Positions 1 to 13,128 are shown, counted from the first letter of the stretch. The stretch: 64,000 nt of DNA from Octopus vulgaris (GCA_951406725.2 OX597838.1:2790001-2854000); one strand, 5' to 3'. The notes: generated by a model not told the origin, from the letters alone. Numbers and translations are program-made.

Positions 1-408
1 ACTGCTATGTCTTGGTTCCCAAGGGCTGAATGGATAGCGATGAGCGAAGGTTAAGCAACAACAACAACAACAACAACCACGACAACGACAACAACAACAA
101 CAGCATTGCATAAAGTTTAAAGCTTCTGGCTCCTTCATTAACTTTAATATATGGAAGCCTAAAAATATATTTAAAGTTTCCATACTTAATTAAAACTAAT
201 TAATGTTTCTGAAGAATATTTTATTTAACAGCGAAACTCTCCCCCCCTCTCCATTCCGACTTCCTCTGCAAAATTCTCAAAGAGAAGAACCAGGGATTTA
301 TGTATACGTAACTGCGCTCTTTACAGCAGGAACGGTGTTCGATTCCCGCAGGAGATCATGCAAATCTTTACCCCGTATTTTTCTATATGATATCTCTGAA
401 TAATAATG

Positions 409-439
<31 letters not shown>

Positions 440-456
440 CAACAATAATAATAATG

Positions 457-604
457 GTGTTTTGCAAAAAGCAGCCTTATTGGGCACAGCGCACATCTTC
501 AGGAAAGTATTATCTGTCTAAGGTCCTTATGACTTGACAGATGACTCTCGTGCATTTTTACCTACACTGTGTTACGAAGGAATAACAATAATAATAATAA
601 TAAT
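457..604 (+). mobile_element. 3' end of an R4/Dong-like RLE non-LTR retrotransposon (ORF C-terminus, 3' UTR, TAA tail)
   Basis: 462-521 translates LQKAALLGTAHIFRKVLSV*, the typical C-terminus of R4/Dong ORFs. It is followed by a short UTR and (TAA)n, with (TAA)n also upstream. Confidence 0.8.
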
Positions 605-607
605 AGC

Positions 608-680
<73 letters not shown>
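605..680. repeat. (TAG)n microsatellite
   Basis: Perfect GTA/TAG run. Confidence 0.97.
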
Positions 681-800
681 CTTGGCAATATCAGCACTCA
701 ACTACCAGCTTGGCTGAAAAAGATTGGTGCATGTGTGAAGGTAGAACACCTACAAAATTCAGCGTTGCTTGGAACTGCACATACTAGGTTTGATGACAGA
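681..800 (+). mobile_element. Second, diverged R4/Dong-like ORF C-terminal fragment
   Basis: Translates LGNISTQLPAWLKKIGACVKVEHLQNSALLGTAH, containing the LQ..ALLGTA motif of the RLE element C-terminus. Confidence 0.75.
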
Positions 801-1175
801 TAATGAGTAAAAGAACACTGCACACGCAGTAGGAGAGAAAGAACCATAGCGACAGAAGTGGAGGTGGAGGGGTAAGAGGAGCAGGAGGAGGAACAAGTGG
901 AGGAGTAGAACTGGTATTGAATGACAGGGAAGTTATGGCAAGAGTTAACACGAATGAGAAATTTGTTTTGTTTAGTTTTATTTCATTTCATTAGCAAATA
1001 ATAAATATTTTGCGTTCAAAAATTTGTATTCTTTTCATCATTTTGTACAAGCACCAAGAAATTTGATTAATGTTCAATTATAATTATAGTATGTAGATGA
1101 TATTTCCTGATATAAGCCATAGTGACAAAATTGTTCTCCCAAACTTTTGCGTCATAAGGCTGGTAACACTCAAGT

Positions 1176-1220
<45 letters not shown>

Positions 1221-1246
1221 CATATATTTATACATATATATATATT

Positions 1247-1285
<39 letters not shown>

Positions 1286-1328
1286 TATATTATTATATAT
1301 GTATGATTATATATATATATATATAATT

Positions 1329-1732
1329 TCTTTTACCTGTTTCAGTCATTTTGGCTGCGGCCATCCTGGGGCAGCGCCGTTAGTCGAAGAAATGGACCCT
1401 AGAATATATTCTTTGTAACCCTAAGACTTATTTTATCAGAGACTTTTGCTGAAATGCTAAGTTTTAGGGCTGTAAACACACCAAAATCTGTTGTCAAGCG
1501 ATGGTGGAGGGACAACAACAGACACACAAATAAATATAAGCACTTGGTATATTTATATATATATATATATATATGACGTGCTTCATTCAGTTTCCGTCTA
1601 CCAAATCCACTCACAAGGCTTCGGTCGGCCCGAGGCTATAGAAGACACTTGCTAAAAGGTGCCACACACTGGGACTGAACCTGGAACCATATGGTTGGTA
1701 AACAAGCTACCTACCACACAGCCACTCCTCGC
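1329..1732 (-). mobile_element. SINE family A (tRNA-derived head, internal microsatellite)
   Basis: Minus strand head GAGTGGCTGTGTGGTAGG...GGTTCAGTCCC (A/B-box-like) and tail ...AAATGACTGAAACAGGTAAAAG. Homologous to more than 10 copies in the window. Confidence 0.9.
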
Positions 1733-2046
1733 AAGTTTATGTGTGTGTGTGTGTGTGTGTGTGTATCGCTTAGGCATAGGGAGATCTCAATACCCGGTAT
1801 AGATCTCAATATACGTTTGGTCCAGAATACAATGCTATATGAGTATAGAGTGGTAGGAGAAAACAGACAGCTGACACCGAAAAATACAAATGTTATGAAA
1901 TGAACTTCGTTAGCCTAGTACAATAAGACGTTTCTGCTATACGATGTGGTGGAGTAAGAGTGCACCTCATCTGTTAGCAGAAACAACTGTAAGCTTGTGA
2001 CGTTCCTTACCTAACATTTGTTTTCTTTTTTTCGTATCATCTCTTT

Positions 2047-2080
<34 letters not shown>

Positions 2081-2329
2081 TCTTTACTCTTTTACTTTTA
2101 CTTTTTTACTTGTTTCAGTCATTTGACTGTGCCAATGCTGGAGCACCGCCTTTAGTCGAGCAAATAGACCCCGGGACTTATTCTTTGTAAGCCCAGTACT
2201 TATTCTATCGGTCTCTTTTGCCGAACCGCTAGGTGACGGGGACGTAAACACACCAGCATCGGTTGTCAAGCAATGCTAGGGGGACAAACACAGACACACA
2301 AACATACACAAACACAGACACACAAACAT

Positions 2330-2376
<47 letters not shown>

Positions 2377-2542
2377 TACGACAGGCTTCTTTCAGTTTCC
2401 CGTCTACCAAATCCACTCACAAGGCTTTGGTCGGCCCGAGGCTATAGTAGAAGACACTTGCCCAAGATCCCACGCAGTGGGACTGAACCCGGAACCATGC
2501 GGTTGGTTAGCAAGCTACTTACCACACAGCCACTCCTGCGCC
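2081..2542 (-). mobile_element. SINE family A, near full-length young copy
   Basis: GGCGCAGGAGTGGCTGTGTGGTAAG head, GGTTCAGTCCC B-box, CTTGGGCAAGTGTCTT core, internal (TA)/(TG) tract, GACTGAAACAAGTAAAA tail. Confidence 0.93.
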
Positions 2543-3058
2543 TATATATATATATATACATGTATGTATATATGTATATGTCTGTATGTGTGTATATATA
2601 TATATGGTCAGAGTACGCAAGTATTGACAATCCCCACTACAACCTCCACCACAATTATCACCACCTTCTCTACTAACGCCAACACCGCCACCGTCACCGG
2701 CTCTACCACCACCACCACCACCACCACCGCCGCCGCCGCTAATACCACTCTCTCACACTATTGCTCTGCTATGAAGACATGATTACTGGAAGGAGAGAGT
2801 ACAATGAGAATGTCTGGTCATGGTTTGATGAGTTTTTGATAAATGTTCTGCTTACCATTATTTATTGAGGGTAGCTTTTAATGAATTCTACCAATAATTA
2901 GCAGAGACGCTCAAAGACTCGATGAAATTCGCAAACATTTAGACATACATACATACTTATATATCGACACGTACACATATGTATATATATACGTAATATA
3001 TATATATATTACGTATACATATGTGTGTATGTACGTATGTATGGATATATATATATAT

Positions 3059-3093
<35 letters not shown>

Positions 3094-3230
3094 TATATAT
3101 ATATGAATATATATATGTAATGTCCATTATATATACTCTAATAATATACAGCCATAGATGTGTATTGACACAGACTAATGACTATTACGTGTATAGTGCT
3201 TTTCCAACACTCACACACACACACACACAC

Positions 3231-3283
<53 letters not shown>

Positions 3284-3572
3284 CACATTCACACACATTC
3301 ACACACAAGCAAATAAGCAATAAAAAACAGAATTCTTCTGTATTGATTATTAGTATTTTCGAAAACGAGGCTTCCTCATAATATTGTCTGGGAAAATTTG
3401 TACTACCCAGCATCGGAAAATTCTGGAATTCTCGTCAAGTCTTATGTCTAGAAGTGGAACATCGGAACCAATGATTTTCAACCATTTCTTTTTTTTTTTT
3501 TTTTTTTTTTTTTTGCCTGTGGACCTCGATATATATAAAAAGAAAAATTTACTGTAGCTTTACAATTAAATA

Positions 3573-3728
3573 TGGTGTGTGGTAAGAAGCTTGCCTCCTA
3601 ATCACATGGCTCCGGGTTCAATCTCACTGCGTGGTACCTTGGGCAAGTCTCTTCTACGATAGCCTCGAGCTGATCAAAGCCTTGTGAGTGGATTTGGTAG
3701 ATGGAAATTGAAAGAAGCCCGTCTCATT

Positions 3729-3784
<56 letters not shown>

Positions 3785-4008
3785 TGTGTCTGTGTGTGTG
3801 TGTGTGTGTGTGTGTATGCCCTTGCGTCTGTGTTTGTTCCCCATCACTGCTTAACAATCGGTGTTTATGTGTTTGCGTCCCGTAACTTAGCGGTTCAGCA
3901 ATAAACACCGAAAGTACCAGTTCGATTTGTTCGATTAAAACCCTTCAAGGCTGTGCCCCAGCATGGCCGCAGTCAAATGACTGAAAGAAGTGAAAGATAA
4001 AAGATAAA
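3573..4008 (+). mobile_element. SINE family A
   Basis: Same modules as 2081-2542 in the opposite orientation, with an internal (TG)n of about 85 bp. Confidence 0.9.
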
Positions 4009-4162
4009 CGATTCCAATTTATTGCCCATATATTTTAACAATAAAATCCTATACACCCCCCCCCCCACCCACCCAAAGGGCCATATGGACCCCGGTTTAG
4101 GATCCCTGATCTAAACTAATATATCCTTTACTCATCACAACCGAACTCCGAGTTCTTACAAA

Positions 4163-4327
4163 CAGGGCCGCTTTTGCAGCATTTATAGGCCTCCGGAAAA
4201 TCCCACGTATTTGGTGTCTATTCTTATAGTATTTATTGACATGGAATATTCGATCAGAAATGGGCCCCTAGTTCCGTGAGGCCTCCAAGCAACTGTCCAC
4301 AGTAAGTATGCCCTAAAACAGCTGTGG
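4163..4327. mobile_element. Possible degenerate MITE
   Basis: Starts CAGGGCCGCTTTT, has internal GGCC/GGGCCCC motifs and ends CCCTAAAACAGCTGTG (imperfect terminal inverted repeat). Confidence 0.3.
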
Positions 4328-4673
4328 TCACAGATATTCCATTATAACCGGGTAACATTGAATTCAGGAGGGTCTAAGGTCCCAAAATTTGGGAAGGCGG
4401 TGTGGTTGTCATCAACGTTTTATTTCAGAAGACCTGAAAGAACGAGAAGTGAAGTGAACCTGTTCACGGCTAGAATTGAAATCAAAACGTTACAGGATAT
4501 AATCAAATGCCACCTGGAATTTGGTTTGTTACTCTGAAGCTTTTGGCAACCCACATCCTTTTAACTGGTTCATTTTTGCAACAACTTCAACAACCCCGCT
4601 TTGACCCACATTTTGGCAACTTCTCTCTGTTTCTCTCTCTCTATCTCTCTGTTTCTCAATCAATCTAGCTCTG

Positions 4674-4745
<72 letters not shown>

Positions 4746-5026
4746 AATATTGTCACATATTTATCACAACTCTGCGTAGCTATCTCTAACGTTGTTGTTG
4801 TTGTTGTGGTGGTGGTTGCTGATGGTTGTAGGTGGCGATGGTGCCGGTGGTATTGCTGTAGTTTCTTTTCTCATTGCCATTCCTGATTTTCTTTCTTTGT
4901 TAATTTTTGTCTTTGATGACAATGTTATTCTTTTAGCCATAATATTCTGATTGCCATAAAACTCCCGTTATATTATTATTATTATTACTATTATTATTAT
5001 TATTATTATTATTGTTATTATTATTA

Positions 5027-5058
<32 letters not shown>

Positions 5059-5369
5059 TTCATCTTCTTCACCGTCATCATAAGGACGGCTTCAGTTTTC
5101 AGTCACGCCCACACCTACAACTCTTGTTATCTTCGTCACCAAGTTTTTTTCATATTCTCAAGAACTCCCATGTTTCTATCACAGAAGAATCATAGTCTGT
5201 TAGTATTGATGAATCGATTGCAAAATATTTCGGTTCCTTATAGAATTTCACTTGAACAACAATACCTGGCCAATACTCCTTAATCTCCTAATGTATATGA
5301 ATTGGTCACTTTGGCATTCCATACAATCGCTTATTTTTGTCTTTGAACCAACTATTTTCTCTTTCTCTC

Positions 5370-5418
<49 letters not shown>

Positions 5419-6326
5419 ACTTCTCCCTCTTTCCCTATGTATCCCATAATTCTGTCGTAGTTTCAAGGATTTTTTTCGTAAAATCGTTCGGAGTTGGATA
5501 GGAACTACGTCGTTTTGTTTTGTTTTTTTCAAAGAATTGTTGATTTCAATAATAGATTTTTTTGTGCTTAAGCTAGGATGTCTTGTCTTTGGCACTCTTT
5601 GATCTTTGGTCGTTCTACTTTCGTTACGCTAAAACACTTTCATTTTTTGGTTCTTTTTCTTTCTTTTTCTTTCGGTTCTCGTCGTTTGTCTCTTTTCGTT
5701 GTTGATCTCATTAAGGACCGACAAACATTCCATTTTGTTTTGCTTTTCTATGTATAGTCTTGTTTCTACCTTGTTGTTGTTGTTGTCATTGTTACGGTAT
5801 TTTTTTTTTCTTATATATATTTTTCTTGTCTTATTATTGCATTTCGTGAACAATAGCGATGTTAGCTATAGGTCACCAAAGAAGCAAACACTAATTCACT
5901 GCATTGTTAACAGAAAAAGAGAATAAGAGAGAGAGAGAAGGGATTGTCTGTGCAACTCAGACAGAACAAACATAACCAAGGGTATTATCATGCTGGTATA
6001 TTAATTGATGTGAGTTGTGCCTAAATGACGATATCATTTCACGTAAGGAGGTCGAAAATCACTACAATGCGATAATATAGAATATCACCAGAAGAATCGG
6101 TAAAATATTACAGAAACTCTTCGAGTTGTGAAGCAAAGTAAAGTAAAAAAAAATGAAAGATTTGCCAGGAAGATATTCCATCGGTGGAGTCCTAGGGATT
6201 GTCCACATTCTGTGTGAAACTAGAATAGCACCTTAACCAAAATCTGCTACATTTAGAGCTGTAGAAAGGCTCCGAGGGAAAAGTGTGTACTCTTTACAAG
6301 ATATCATTAGTATTATTATTATTATT

Positions 6327-6760
6327 AAGGCGGTGAGCTGGCAGAATCGTTAGCACGCTGGACGAAATGCTTAGCGGTATTTCGTCTGTCTTTACGTTCT
6401 GAGTTCAAATTTCGCCGAGGTCGACTTTGCCTTTCATCCTTTCGGGGTCGATTAAAATAAGTACCAGTTACGCACTGGGGTCGATATAATCGACTTAATC
6501 CGTGTGTCTGTCCTTGTTTGTCCTCTCTGTGTTTAGCCCCTTCTGGGTAGTAAAGAAATAAGTATTTCGTCTGCCGCTACGTTCTGAGTTCAAATTTCGC
6601 CGAGGTCAACTTTGCCTTTCATCCTTTCGGGGTCGATTAAAATAAGTACCAGTTACGCACTGGGGTCGATATAATCGACTTAATCCGTTTGCCTGTCCTT
6701 GTTTGTCCTCTCTGTGTTTAGGCCCCTCGTGGGCTGTAAAGAAATAAGTATTTCGCCTGT
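6327..6760 (+). mobile_element. SINE family B, tandem multimer
   Basis: Head AAGGCGGTGAGCTGGCAGAATCGTTAGC and B-box GAGTTCAAAT. The body restarts at GTATTTCG at about 6378, 6562 and 6748. Confidence 0.92.
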
Positions 6761-7146
6761 CTCGGTTCATGACTAATATTTCCTTTTGACTCACTCTGGT
6801 AGCAAGGACGAGTGTTTACCAGAGATGGCAATGTAGTCGTTATTGTTTACACTGTTTTTACCAATAAAACTGGTGTCTTTCTCTCCAACTTTTAGTGCTT
6901 TTCAAAGTGTGGCTGTAAATATTTGTAATTGAATATTTGTCTGTTTGATAATTAACTCTTCTGGGCTTTTAGTCCAATCTGTTTGGTTTTTATTATTTTG
7001 AGGACGCATCTCGACTGAGGAGGCGTTTCAGTTTCTTTAATAGTTGAGACCGTCGCTGCCGGCGGTGACTCACACTTCCTTACCATTCCACGCGAAAATA
7101 ATCACAATTCTGAAACATTAACAAGCAGCGAGTATGTCTGCTAGAC

Positions 7147-7508
7147 ATGGCTGTTTGGTTTATAAACTCGCTTTTGCAACCACGTGACTTCGAGTTTAGT
7201 CACACTACGAGGCAACAAAGAGGGCAAGTGCCTCCTACCGGACTGACCGGTGCATTCTGTGTGAATTTGGTAGACGGAAACTGTGTGGAAGACCGTCTTG
7301 TATGTCTTCGTGTTTGAGTTTGTCCTCTTTCTTACTGCTTCACAGCCGGTGTTGGTTTGTTTAATTCCCTGTAACATAGTGATTCGGTTAAACAGAGCGA
7401 TAATATAAGTATTAGATTTTTTAAAGAAATAGTACTGGAGTCGACTTGATAGATAAAAAAAGAGGGGACTCAGCATGACCGCATTTCGATGACTGAAACA
7501 AGTAAAAA
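7147..7508 (+). mobile_element. SINE family A, old diverged copy
   Basis: GGGCAAGTG core, GGTAGACGGAAACTG, tail GATGACTGAAACAAGTAAAA. Confidence 0.8.
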
Positions 7509-7742
7509 AACAGACATTTTATAAACAATGTCCAGTACGGACCTTTCCTTTGTTCCCGAAAATGAGAGCAACCATCAAATAATCCGAAAGTCATTGTTAC
7601 ATGTTCTAGAATGAAGAATATTCAGGCTGTCCGGACAAGTGGCCATCCAACGGGAGCTCTACTAGATACATGCGTTCACCTGAACCTTTAGTTTATAAGA
7701 ATAATTATAATAATAATAATGATAATAATAATAATAATAATA

Positions 7743-7804
<62 letters not shown>

Positions 7805-7817
7805 CATTATTATTTTA

Positions 7818-8020
7818 AATTTTGCCACAAGGGCTGCTGGGGGGAGATGGGAATGAGTCGATTACATCGACCTCAGTACGCAACGGTACTTATTTTATCG
7901 ACCCCGAAAAGACGAGAGGCAAAGTTGACCTCGGCGGAATTTGATCACAGAATGGAGCGGCAGGCGAAATACCCCCTAAGCATTTCGTCCAATTGCTAAC
8001 GGTTCTACCAGCTCACCGCC

Positions 8021-8098
<78 letters not shown>

Positions 8099-8240
8099 TA
8101 AACACAAAGTCTGAAATTTTGGAAAGGTGGTGGCTAGTCGATTACAGCAACCCCCAGTATCTGACTGGTACTTATTTTAACGACTCGGAAAGGATGGAAG
8201 GTAAAGTCAACCTCAGAGCTATTTAAGTTCAGAATGTAAA
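7818..8240 (-). mobile_element. Two SINE family B copies separated by (TAA)n
   Basis: ATCGACCCCGAAAAG...GTTGACCTCGGCGGAATTTGA...CCAGCTCACCGCC (7818-8020) and a second partial copy (8101-8240). Confidence 0.82.
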
Positions 8241-9259
8241 AAAAATGATGATGATGATAACCATGACAACCACCGCGACGTTGATGATGATGACGACGAT
8301 GATGACGACCACGACTACGATAATGATGATGGTGATGATGACGATGACGATGACGACGACCACGACTATGATGATAACGATGATGACGAAGATAATGATG
8401 ATGATGATGATGATGATGATGATTGCAACAATGATGATGATATTAATTCGTGCCGCTGTGCACTAGCTCGTCCTGGCTTCCATTGTTTTCGGTCCTTCAA
8501 AACCAATCACAAACTTCCGTATGCATACACCTCGCCTTGGTCGGCTAGTGGGGTTGCGTACATTTCTCCCAACACATTAACCAGGACTTCCTAAACTGCT
8601 CTTTCAAAGATATACGAAGAAACTCTTACTGTTTTTCAGAAAAATGTACGTAGTATGTCATTTTTCTCTTTACACGCCTTTTCCTTCTTTTAATTGATGT
8701 TGATCATGTCTAATGTTTCTTTTTGGCTCGCGACGCTGGTAAAATATGAGCTGCTGTTTTTAATCCATTTACTATTGTCACTCAAGTTTGCATTTTCAAC
8801 AATTTTTCTTTAGTGTTTGACAAACTGTAACTGCATTTATAACAGTGTCTATCTGTTTAAGTCCCTGATTTTCAGTTTGTTTCTTAATCTGTTTTGTATT
8901 TTCAAAAATCTGGAGAGGTGGTTGTAGTTGAGGCCACAATACTTCTGGCTAGTGCCCCACCTCTCTATCCTAGAGGAGACCATATTGAACAATTAATAAA
9001 GCGGATCTTTGCAGAAATATGCGTACAAGAGAAAAAAGAAATTAATGTTATCAGAACGTAGCCCAACCCCTCTCCATCAAAACAGGACAAAGGGGCGTGT
9101 GTTCAAATATTTCTAAGTCTTTGTCGGTAATAAAACCGAACAGAAAAGATTTTGTTTTGTGTGGAGATAGTGGTGGGTGGGGCTCATTTAGTAATCCTGG
9201 AACAAAATATTTTCTCGGAAGAGATCTGTGAAACGTGACTGTTCACAACAAACGCCAAA

Positions 9260-9269
9260 GACAATAATA

Positions 9270-9341
<72 letters not shown>

Positions 9342-9346
9342 GTAAC

Positions 9347-9425
<79 letters not shown>

Positions 9426-9513
9426 TTATAATGATAATAATAATAATAATAATAACGATAATAATAATAATAATAATGATAATGATATAATAATAATAAT
9501 TATTATTATTATG

Positions 9514-9560
<47 letters not shown>

Positions 9561-11382
9561 GAGGAGGAGGAGGAGGGGAGGAGAAGGATGATAAAAAAGA
9601 TGAAAAAGAAAATGAAAAGAAGAACAACAACAACAGCAACAACAACAATTAGAACAAGAAGAGGACGGTAATGATAAGAGAAGAACAACAACAGCGGGAA
9701 TGATGATGAGAAGACGAAACAGAAGGATGAAGTGGGAGGGATGAAGGAGAAGAAGGATAGAATGAGGAGTATAAAAAGAAAAAAAAGAGGGAGCAACAGC
9801 AGCAGCAGCAACAGGACAAGAAATATGGAAAACCATTTCCGACAATACAAAACACAGTAACAAGAAGAAGAAGAAGAAGAAGAAGAAGAAGAAGAAGAAG
9901 AAGAAGAAGAAGAAGAAGAAGAAGAAGAAGAAGAAGAAGAAGAAGAGCGTTTATCGTCAAACGTGGACAGACGCCATGTTTTACTGCTTTGGAACTCTCT
10001 AATTATCTCTTGTCCTGTTGAAATATTTCGTACCAACTAAACCTCGACTTCAAACATCACAACACCACAAATACTATCACCACAACACAACCACAAAGCC
10101 TACCCACACCACCACAACCCCAACGCAACAAACCCGCTCCACGCCAACCGCCGCCACGACCACCACACAAACACCGTATCAACCACCGCCGCAGCCAATC
10201 ATCATTACCATCACCATATCCAACACACCGCCACCACAGCCACCATCGCTACCGATCACAACCGCGATACCATGACCACCACCACCGACCAACCAACCAT
10301 CAGTGATCATCTCCTCCCACACACACACACACACACACCAATCCCCCACCCTCCATTTATTATTATTCCTTGCCGTTACCGCCATATTGTTCTCGCAAAA
10401 CCGAATCCGTTCGAACTTCTTGTGATTCGTTTTATCGATCTATCGATTTCCACTCATTCCTTTCAATTTATGCTAATACCCACCTCCTCCTCTTCTTTCT
10501 CCTTTCCCTTTCCAATGTCTTCTTCTTCTTCTTCTTCTTCTTCTTCTTCTTCTTCTTCTTCTTCTTCTTCTTCTTCTTCTTCTTCTTCTTCTTCTTCTTC
10601 TTCTTCTTCTTCTTTTTCGTCATCGTCGTCGTCATCATCGTCGTCGTCGTCGTCATTGTCATCATCCTTGTCATCGTCTCCTCTTCCTCCTTTGAATTCT
10701 TTTCCGACTTCTTTTACTTCCTTTTCTTCCTTTTCTGAATTCTTCTTCGCTTTCCTTCTTTCTTCTTTACCTCTTCCTTCTTCCGTCAATTTTCCTTCCC
10801 TTCTTCTTCCTTCACCGTCTTCTTCACCATCGTCGCCGCCATACCGGCATTATTTTTATGCCTGTTCTATTGTTGTTGTTGTTCTTCTTCTTCTTATATG
10901 TCTGTTCCTCCTCCTCCTCCTCCCATGTCTTTTGTCAAAGTGCAACGAGGACTCTTCAGTAATACAATATGTCGGAACACATACCATAGATGCGCCATTT
11001 TGCTTTAGTCGGTCTCACAATTGATTTTGTTTTTGTTGTTGTTGTTGTTGCTGTTTTCCTTTTTTTTATATATTTTTATTATTTGTTGTTGTGATTAGTC
11101 GTACTCTATTGATTTCCAACTTGATGTCCTTCTTGCTCCAGTTGTTGTTGATGTTTTTGTTGTTCTTGTGGTTGTTGTAGTCGTTGTTGTTGTTGTTGTT
11201 GTTGCTGCTGCTGCTGTAATAGCAGTTGTGGCCACACTGTTGTTGTTATTGTTGTTGCTGTTATTGCTGTTGTTGTTGTCTTTATTGGACGTCTAGAAAA
11301 GCTGCCCAAACACAACGAAGATTAGTCGGAATAAATCTGCCACTACAACTACAACTACAACTACTACTACTACTACTACCAC

Positions 11383-11446
<64 letters not shown>

Positions 11447-11478
11447 ACTACTACTACTACTACTACTATTATTATTAT

Positions 11479-11519
<41 letters not shown>

Positions 11520-11781
11520 TTATTATTATTATTACTATTACTATCATTATTATTAGTAGTATTACCACTACTGCTGCTGCAGCAGCCGATGATGCTGCTG
11601 TTCAGAATTTCTTCTTAGTAAGCATTCATGGTATATAACTCCATGCTCACCGACATCATCATCATCATCATCATCATAATCATTATCAGAATCATTATCA
11701 TCACCGCCACCAACAACACAAACAACATCCTAATCTTCATCATTATCCTCATCATCAGCAATATCAACATCAACAACTCGG

Positions 11782-11836
<55 letters not shown>

Positions 11837-12260
11837 CGTCATCATCATCAACAGTTCTAGCATAAATAGCCCCCACCCCCCACCCTCGCCACACCATCCC
11901 CAATTTAATTTCCAGTGTAAATATATGAATGGCTGTTTCGTATTCGCTGGCCGAGGCGCATCATCAGTGTGACAACCAAATTAACTTCCTTTAAGATTGG
12001 TGGTGGTGGTGGTGGTGGTGGTGGTGTGGTGGTGGTGGTGGTGGGTGGAGGGAGGGATGACGGTGGGGAGGGTGCTGTTTAGTGATGGTGGTGGTGGTGG
12101 TGGTGGTGGTGGTGGTGGTGGGTGTTTGGTGAAGGTGGTGGTGGTTGTCGTCGTCGTCGTGTGGGTGGTGTTGATGAGAAGGGTGCCGTTTAGTGATGGT
12201 GGTGGTGGTGGTGGTGGTGGTGGGTGTTTGGTGGTGGTGGTGGTGGTGGTGGTGGTGGAT
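9260..12260. repeat. Trinucleotide microsatellite cluster: (TAA)n, (GAA)n, (TTC)n, (TGT)n, (TAC)/(TAG)n, (CAT)n, (GGT)n
   Basis: Seen directly, e.g. (GAA)n 9862-9946, (TTC)n 10518-10613, (GGT)n 11997-12258. Explains the poly-L/S/I/E ORFs in the track. Confidence 0.95.
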
Positions 12261-12829
12261 GGTTTTTCTTGCCCGATTTCCACCATAAGAGACATCGTAC
12301 AAACTGTGACCAAATGGTTGGGTAGATAAGAGAGGAGGAGATAGAAGGAGAGAGGAGGAGGGAGGAGGAGGATAAGGATAAAACATATATACAAAGAGGG
12401 AGGGGGGTGAGCAAGACGGAGAAACGGGAATAAAAGGAAAGAAAGAAAGAAAGAAAGAAAGAGTAAATGTATTATTGTAAAAGTACAGCCATTAGAGTCA
12501 CGTGGTCATCGGTGTGGTTATCGGCGTGGTATGGTCAGTGATGGTCAGTGATGGGTTGAGGCCAGCAGCATGACATGATGTATGATGTGGGTGGCTATGA
12601 TGAGTGGTCAGTGGTTTGGAGCATGTTATGGTCAGTGATATAGTATATGCAGCAGTCATTTGTGGGGGTGAAGCCGTGTGACGTGGCCCATGCAGTGGCT
12701 AGTGTTGCAGTGTATAGTGCGTGGCCAGCAGTGTGCTATTTAGTGGGAGGAAAGGTGGACAGTAATATATATACCATGTAGTGGTGGCGATGGCGGCGGT
12801 GGGGGGTAATGGGGGTGGCGGTGCTACAC

Positions 12830-12880
<51 letters not shown>

Positions 12881-13052
12881 CTTTTCTACTCTAGGCACAA
12901 GGCTGGTACACAACTGGTGCTTAATTTATCGACCCCGAAAGGATGAAAGGCAAAGTTGACCTCGGTGGAATTTGAACTCAGAACATAAAGAGAGACGAAA
13001 TAGCGTTAAGCATTTCGCTCGACGTGCTAACGTTTCTGCCGGCTCACCGCCT
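12881..13052 (-). mobile_element. SINE family B (internally deleted)
   Basis: ATCGACCCCGAAAGGATGAAAGGCAAAGTTGACC...GAACTCAGAAC...GCTCACCGCCT. Confidence 0.88.
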
Positions 13053-13053
13053 C

Positions 13054-13114
<61 letters not shown>

Positions 13115-13128
13115 TGTATGTATGTACA

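Noticed and set aside
10272-11024. 250-aa Ser-rich ORF and the antisense poly-E/D ORF
   Set aside because: Translations of (TTC)n and (TCG/TCA)n tracts; no splice or homology support.
12480-12760. GT-rich degenerate repeat (GGTCAGTGAT-like units)
   Set aside because: No stable period or repeat-spacer structure; treated as low-complexity DNA.
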